From contig CAZEWI010000013.1 in the NCBI GenBank assembly GCA_964514455.1, positions 1-14,759 of the forward strand: a stretch of DNA of 14,759 bases, read 5' to 3'. The DNA is from an uncultured Bacteroidales bacterium. GTDB lineage: Bacteria; Pseudomonadota; Alphaproteobacteria; Rs-D84. A program made the translations under genes and the position numbers. The notes beneath the pieces were generated by a model. That model saw only the letters and a list, made by a program, of their open reading frames with translations. It did not search any database and was not told the origin of the DNA. Positions 14,322-14,759 of this stretch are shown here, one piece after another; the first letter of the stretch is position 1; every line of letters starts with the position of its first letter.

Positions 14322-14759
14322 ATGAAAATATTAAAAAATAAACTAAATAAGGCAAAATCGGTTATAAAATCAATGGTGCCACCTGAAAGAGATCTATTAT
14401 TGAAAAGAATTAGAATACAAATCTCTACCCATGAAGGATTGTTAGGTTATGATAAATCTTTGGATAATTATCTAAAAGATAGAATTACAAAATGTAAAGA
14501 AATAAAAGCATTAGCAGATAAAGGAGAAATTTCTTTGGCTAAAGATATGTTATATTCCTTTCTAGGTGCGGGCAAGAGCTGGACGTATATCCACGAGATG
14601 ATAAAAATCGTAAAACAAAGAGAAAAAGTTGAACAAAAATTAAAACAGGAAAAAGAGAGAGTTGACGGCGGATTTGCAAAACTAAAAGATATTGATAGAA
14701 GAAAAAAAGCAGATAAAAAATTTTACAAAGATAATGAAATCCTAGCATTAAAACAAAGA
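14322..14759 (+). CDS. Hypothetical Lys-rich protein, 3'-truncated by the window end (146 codons seen)
   Basis: Hand translation MKILKNKLNKAKSVIKSMVPPERDLLLKRIRIQISTHEGLLGYDKSL...GAGKSWTYIHEMIKIV... is open to the last base. AAAGGAG lies 8-9 nt upstream. It is absent from the track because no stop falls in the window. No family recognised. Confidence 0.6.
   Translation, partial: MKILKNKLNKAKSVIKSMVPPERDLLLKRIRIQISTHEGLLGYDKSLDNYLKDRITKCKEIKALADKGEISLAKDMLYSFLGAGKSWTYIHEMIKIVKQREKVEQKLKQEKERVDGGFAKLKDIDRRKKADKKFYKDNEILALKQR

Noticed and set aside
14539-14748. 69 aa minus-strand ORF at the window end
   Set aside because: It is antisense to the better-supported + strand ORF (RBS plus ATG at 14322), and its Leu/Phe-rich sequence is a mirror frame of a Lys/Glu-rich gene.

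Overview
AT-rich chromosomal window that looks alphaproteobacterial. The marker set is GapR/DUF2312, RpoH with an RpoH box, DUF721/DciA-like, CarD, XerD, MreB, the L13-S9 operon, trigger factor and pyruvate kinase, plus tRNA-Thr(CGT), tRNA-Leu(CAG) and tRNA-Glu(CTC). Most of the window is ordinary housekeeping DNA with clean hairpin terminators and near-consensus sigma70-type promoters. The stand-out is a ~2.2 kb, visibly more AT-rich two-gene cassette on the minus strand (1947-4153), wedged between pyk and the rpoH cluster. It encodes an M.EcoRI-family N6-adenine methyltransferase followed by a compact DUF262(DGQQR)+HNH nuclease with GmrSD/BrxU-like domain logic. The methyltransferase carries an (AG)8 tract in its last 20 codons. 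Adding one AG unit fuses it to an open frame (3324->3046) that ends in a second copy of the family C-terminal motif and overlaps the nuclease start codon. Other items worth a second look: (1) a GC-enriched ~230 nt candidate RNA ending in a terminator, directly upstream of the cassette; (2) a promoter-hairpins-terminator leader with mutually exclusive pairings in front of an unknown gene at the window end; (3) four copies of a GATT-hairpin-AATGACA palindromic element with compensatory stem changes; (4) a VirB2/TrbC-like pilin plus small lipoprotein pair; (5) two short ORFs (38 and 48 aa) absent from the ORF track. All functional calls come from motif recognition by eye; no database search was run.
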